25,682 nucleotides of DNA, taken from Selaginella moellendorffii. Taxonomy: Eukaryota; Plantae; Lycopodiophyta. Below are positions 21,003-25,682 of the stretch, piece after piece (the first letter of the stretch is position 1; each line of letters starts with the position of its first letter). A program made the position numbers and the translations under genes. Location of the stretch: positions 35,896-61,577 of the forward strand of contig NW_003314416.1 in assembly GCF_000143415.4 (NCBI RefSeq). Reading direction: 5' to 3'. Under the pieces are notes generated by a model. It was not told the DNA's origin. It did not search any database and worked only from the letters and a program-made list of their open reading frames with translations.

Positions 21003-21428
21003 AGGATTTTGTTTGTGCTTGTCAGACTTATCTTGTGGATATGTGGTGGCTGGATCGAACTCGTTCTTGGCGTTAAAGTATTGGGATCCAAGTGCCGCTG
21101 CTCCAAATCCCCAGCCAAGCCCAATCCCCACCCCACATCCACCACCTTCAAAGCAAAGTATTAGAAAACGTGAGAGATCTCACTCACCTATGCCGAGTCC
21201 CATTGTTGGTATCGACACTCCTGCAATTGAGCTTGAAAATCTAAGAAAACAGAGAAGATGTAGAGGAATACGTATACCTCCGAATCCCCATCCAATCCCA
21301 AAACCACACCCAATTCCAATACCTGCTTGAAGTTCCATTGCGGAGTTAGCCATTGCGGAATGATGGAAATTGAGATTCATGGACTTACCAAAACCAACAC
21401 CCTGTCCTGCAAATGCGCTCATCACCAT
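20979..21428 (-). CDS. TGD5: TRIGALACTOSYLDIACYLGLYCEROL 5-like small glycine-rich plastid envelope protein, 94 aa (exons 21428-21389, 21322-21278, 21220-21188, 21145-20979)
   Basis: Spliced product [62 protein letters not shown]... matches Arabidopsis TGD5 ([29 protein letters not shown]...GGGCGVGLGLGWGFG). Confidence 0.9.
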
Positions 21429-21450
21429 CTCTGCCAGATCAAAGAAATCC

Positions 21451-21480
21451 TTCGTACACAAAAGTTCGTACACAAAAGTT
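21451..21480. repeat. 14-bp tandem duplication upstream of the TGD5 ATG
   Basis: TTCGTACACAAAAG twice, followed by TT. Confidence 0.8.
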
Positions 21481-21629
21481 GGGTGTATAGTTCTTTATCT
21501 CTAGTCTTGAAGTAGTGACAGGAGCAAACGATAATTTTGAGTGTCAGTTACAAGAAAGGAAGCACAAACCGTTAAGAATCGCTTCGTAAAGTCTAGTTTA
21601 GTGCCCTTGTTTTCTGCAAAAGAATCATC

Positions 21630-23249
21630 TCATTGCCTGGAAGAGCAAAGTCTCTCTACCTGTCGAAGCTTGACTTCCCTGTTGTGGAGAACTCCATCTC
21701 TTCTGAGTGCCATGGGATTCACTCCCGCTTTGTGGGCCGCAACAACACCTAAAGCCTCCCAATAGTTGGCTGCTCTCACCTGAACAAAAGTATGACTTCA
21801 AGAGGACGATTTGCAAAGAAAGAAAAGCTCTTACTGCTTCGATTTGTAGCTTCTCCGGAGTGTCATTCAAGACGGTCACGTTCTCCTCCACAGCAATAAT
21901 CAGAGGCTGTGGCACGAGAAACGAGAATCAGGATTGGCGCGCACTAGTAAGGAACTGTTTATAAATGACGTACCTTTTGTCGAGCCTTTTTACTGAATGC
22001 ACGAACTCCGTCGCCTCCACAGGCGTTCACCGGCACTAGCACTGCATCGACGTCCTCGGCCCATATCCGGTGAGGTCTGTGATCGCTGTCCCTGCTAACA
22101 TATTGAGGAGCCTTGCTTAATCCCGCGAGAACGCTAGGAAGAAAGGTGTATCCAATCTGGAAGCAACATACATTGAGCTTTAAGAGAAGAGAAGAACAGC
22201 GTCCTTACCTCTTCCGCGGCAGATCTAGGAGAAACAGACGAATCGAATGGCAAAGGAGCCAATGCTGGTGCGTGCGCGCAAGGGATGTGAAACTCACTCA
22301 CCACCATTTTACTAATCACAGCCTCGACTCCAGCCAGAGCATCGACACCCTGTTTCGAGGATAGTTTAGTTTCGTCACGAGGTCTTTGAAACTGAAGAAT
22401 GGTATACCTGACCTTGCCTATAGTCTTTCAACACCTCCACATCGTCGTCTGGAAAGCGTGCTACCACGGCTACAGCATCGATCGCAGCATCTCTGACAAG
22501 TTTCTCCACAGCTCGTAGCAAAGAATCAGAGCGGGCAATGCGACCAGTAGAAGCACCGGTTTTGTCATCGATCCACTTCTCAACCTGGCATATATATTTT
22601 CGAGTCGTCTTTGGCCTCGAAAGCAAGAAAGGAAGAAAAATGCTAAGAGCTATAAGCAGTACCTGGAGTGATGCGTCAGTGACGACGTGCTCGAAAATCG
22701 AAGTTCCAAGAGTTGCAGCAGCAGCATCAGCCACTTGTAGATGTCTCAGTCGCAAATCCTGCTCAATCCCGGCGTCGAGGACGAGACCGACTTTGTTCCG
22801 GTGGACGGGGCTGAGGCCCCAGGCACCAGCGGCAAACCGATCGAGAGCGTAGCCTTCGACGTACAAGGCGTTGCTCATCGGCCAGTAAAGCATAGCTCCA
22901 TTCAGCACCTAAGCCAAAAAAGCTAAGCTCTCTAGCTTAGAAATTTTCTAGACACTTACATTTGGATGTGTGATGAGACAATCGACGATGGAAGCCAGAG
23001 CTCTGGCGACGGGGAGAGCATCGCCTGCGTATCCGCCAATGCAGGCCCCAGTTCCAGTCGGGACGATCAGCACAGCCGTGTATGGCCGCGACGCAAAAGC
23101 CTGGCAATCAAAATGTTAATGGATGAAATCGATCGATGACATACCGGAGCAAAGAATGCCGTTGCTGCAGCCGTGCGCTTCTGCCTCCGCGATGCTAGCC
23201 CCGGCGCCCAGAATCCTCGAGGAGCCGGGAGCAATCCACACAGCAGCAT
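21630..23249 (-). CDS. DUF3326 family protein (cyanobacterial syc1174_c-like), probably plastid-targeted; 8 exons (23249-23145, 23100-22960, 22908-22663, 22584-22408, 22349-22209, 22156-21974, 21906-21835, 21779-21630)
   Basis: Arg/Ala-rich transit-like N-terminus, then RPYTAVLIVPTGTGACIGGYAGDALP, LITHPNVLNGAMLYW, YVEGYALDRFA, VVARFPDD, GVDALAGVEA, PCAHAP, AAEEIGYTFLPSVL and NYWEALGVVAAHKAG. The 3' end could be extended by a further splice. Confidence 0.88.
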
Positions 23250-23622
23250 TGGATTGGATAAGCCCTAAAATTTCACATAGGGGCTAGTTTATATCTTTCG
23301 CGCCATTTCGCCAGTTCTAGAGAGCAAGTTCTGGGGGACTTTTACATGGGCTTCAAGGAAGAAAATGTGACACAGTGTTTACAACAGCTCCAATTTCAGA
23401 CTGGGATGTTGGAGAGCTGGTCACGAATGTTGATGCAAAACATGGGTGGGGGCAACACCACCTTGAATTTGCTATTAGAATTAGAATGATCCAAAATATG
23501 TAGGTCTGTTCAGTAGCATGGTTTGTTGTCACCCATGTCTATTTCAAAAGGTTCTGGTTTATGCAGCTTAAGTTGTTTGTGATCATTGCAAATGGAAATT
23601 GTTTCTGCAGCCTTATTATTTA

Positions 23623-23650
23623 ATATATATATATATATATAAATATATAA
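23623..23650. repeat. (AT)n microsatellite at the start of an AT-rich tract (about 23600-24460)
   Basis: atatatatatatatatataaatatataa. Confidence 0.85.
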
Positions 23651-24476
23651 AATAAACTCTATAATAGCTCATGAGTAATTGCTTATATAACTGTATGACA
23701 TTTAGTTCATACCCTAATGACGTTAAGAAAAAATAAAAGTATAATTTTTATATTAGAGCCAATCTAAAAAAGAAAAAGAAAAAGCTAAACCATCTGAATT
23801 TGAAACTTTTGTACATTTTACTTCACTGACATTATCAATGTTGGCATTTTGCTCTTGATTACCACTTTGGTTTTGCTCAGCAAAATATCATTCTCAATAT
23901 CATTTTCAATTTAATTTTCAATTTGTAAATAAAACCTATTTGAGAAGAAAAATATTTTAAAAAAGATTTGGTTTTCCCATACTAAATACTTCTTTTTGCA
24001 ATGCAATAATAAAATTTTTCTATGACACAATCAATTAAACATAATTTATATTTCTATATTTGTTTATGGTAAGTCTTTTGAGTTAAACAATCTTAACCAT
24101 ATTAAAAGAAGTAGGTTGAAGCTTAGAGTTAATCTTTATTTTCTTGGATTTCATTATTGACATCGTAGTTGAGAAAAGTAATTCTTGCAAAACCCTACTC
24201 AAATGAACTTGCAGAGTTTTCAACTTTTAGGTTATAATACCCCAAAATTTTGAATTCAAGCAGGAATATAAATATGCATATGTTATGTTTTATGAGTGGA
24301 GTTATTATGAAAAATAAATATTAAATATTTGATTCTTAAATTACATTTACAATCATTTTAGCCTCTTATTTATGTTCTAATATAAAATTATTATCCTTTA
24401 TATATTCATTTATTTTTGTTCTACATAAAAATATAAAATTTAAAAGCTTATTACTTACTGGCAAAGCACTACAACC

Positions 24477-24900
24477 ATGTCACCACCACTCTTGCAGTTT
24501 GTCTCCATGGTTTTCATAAGAGACGCTGGCTCCAAATGGCCAGATTGGCAATCACGCACAAATCTTCAGCTAGAAGCACCAAGTTCTCGCTGGTCTTCCT
24601 ACATCACAACCTCTAGTGCTGTGCTGCTCCTCCCTCACCATGGACCAATCTTGGTCTGCTTTTCCTACAGCCCCTGCAGGTCATACTACCTGGTTGGCAA
24701 TCCGCTACACCCAAGTTCCAGTATGACAAAGTAATCTCAGTTACTGGTCTCTGGCCGCTTCAAGCATGGTTCTACGATTCCGCAACCGACTTGTGGACCG
24801 CTTCCACCCTTTCGTTCAGTGCGAGATTGTGCGTGGGAGACAGTGTGTGGTATTTGCTCGACTGGATGTCGATGCGGGTGCGTGGGAGATGACTCTCGCT
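24477..24900 (+). pseudogene. Degraded fragment resembling the C-terminal beta-propeller (F-box-associated/kelch-like) region of plant F-box proteins
   Basis: Motifs split over three frames: GPILVCF...YYLVGNPL, then KVISVTG...AWFYDSATDLWT, then VVFARLDVDAGAWE. These echo the GLLC / VCNPLT / YDSxTxxW pattern. No F-box motif is seen. Confidence 0.35.
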
Positions 24901-24991
24901 TCACGGCACCTTTTCTTCTTCGAGGAGATACAATCTTCAAAAATGCTCTTATCATAATCAATTATCCATTGCAAATATTTAGGGCTTGGGC

Positions 24992-25682
24992 ATGGAGGAA
25001 GCCCGGCAGGCGCTGGGTGATGGTCGATTCCCCGACGCTGTCAAGCTCTGCAAGCAGCTACTCAAGCACGATCGCCGCAACTACGATGGATTCGTGGTCC
25101 TGGGCCTGGCGCTCGTCCGCAGCTCGCAGCATCTGGATCAGGCCGAAATGTCGCTCAAGAAGGCCATCTCTCTCGATCCATCCGCATTGCCGGCGTACCA
25201 GGTAAGCATTGCTTGCTAGATTCGTCCAGAGTTCCACTAGGGATTAAGCAGGCTATGGTCGAGCTGCGGGAATCGATGGGAAGCTCACCAGACTTGCTTG
25301 CCGAATCGATCCAAGCAGCTCTGGATGTGGCCATGGCGCGGAACGAGAGTGCGCTTGCGGCGGATTTGATGCGGAAGCTTGCACGGACATTCTCAGCTGG
25401 ACACAAGCACGATCAAGCGAAAGCTGCTTGGGGCCAAGTTCTCGACATGGAAGTAAGTCGAGAGCAACGGGTTGAGGCCCTCTCTGGAATTGTGGACGCG
25501 CACATAGCAGCCGGCAAAGGAGCGAAAGAATGCGAAGCAACTGGAGAGGAAGAAACACAAGCCATGGTGTCACACCTTGAAGAGCTTGTCTCCATGCTAC
25601 CTTACGTTGAGATCTACCGGGAACTTTTGTTGGCACTTCTTGCTTGCAAAGCTCGTCGAGGTACCGCACAGTGGAAATCTTC
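24992..25682 (+). CDS. TPR protein with a TTC37/Ski3-like N-terminus, 5' part (exon 1 24992-25201, exon 2 from 25252); runs off the window
   Basis: MEEARQALGDGRFPDAVKLCKQLLKHDRRNYDGFVVLGLAL...DQAEMSLKKAISLDPSALPAYQ|AMVELRE aligns with human TTC37 ([35 protein letters not shown]...[24 protein letters not shown]). The frame stays open from 25252 to the window end. Confidence 0.75.

Noticed and set aside
23311-23345. Possible Helitron 3' end (CTAG plus weak hairpin)
   Set aside because: The hairpin is weak and the flanking base does not fit the A|T insertion rule.

Overview
Very gene-dense land-plant nuclear DNA. Introns are mostly 42-90 nt GT-AG and spacers between genes are often under 300 nt. 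This style fits a lycophyte such as Selaginella (inference only). Family and gene calls rest on recalled motifs, not database searches. In order: 5' end of an LRR-extensin-type gene (-); an assembly gap; nuclear cap-binding subunit CBP80/ABH1 (+, 5' end in the gap, with a GC-AG intron); a COMMD2-like gene (+); a DnaJ/DUF3752 gene (+); a secreted GDSL lipase (-) head-to-head with a full-size PDR/ABCG transporter (+); a two-FAS-domain fasciclin-like arabinogalactan protein (+); an nsLTP (-); a secreted Gly/Tyr-rich protein (-); TGD5 (-); a plastid-type DUF3326 gene (-); an AT-rich spacer with a degraded F-box-associated-like fragment; and the 5' end of a TPR gene resembling the N-terminal arm of TTC37/Ski3 (+). 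The best leads are a plant COMMD2, a Ski3 N-arm that angiosperm SKI3 appears to lack, a run of five adjacent apoplast/export genes, clustered palindromic W-boxes partly inside a neighbouring coding exon, and stop-to-start spacers short enough to suggest overlapping or polycistronic transcription. No prokaryotic systems, RNA genes or intact transposons were recognised.
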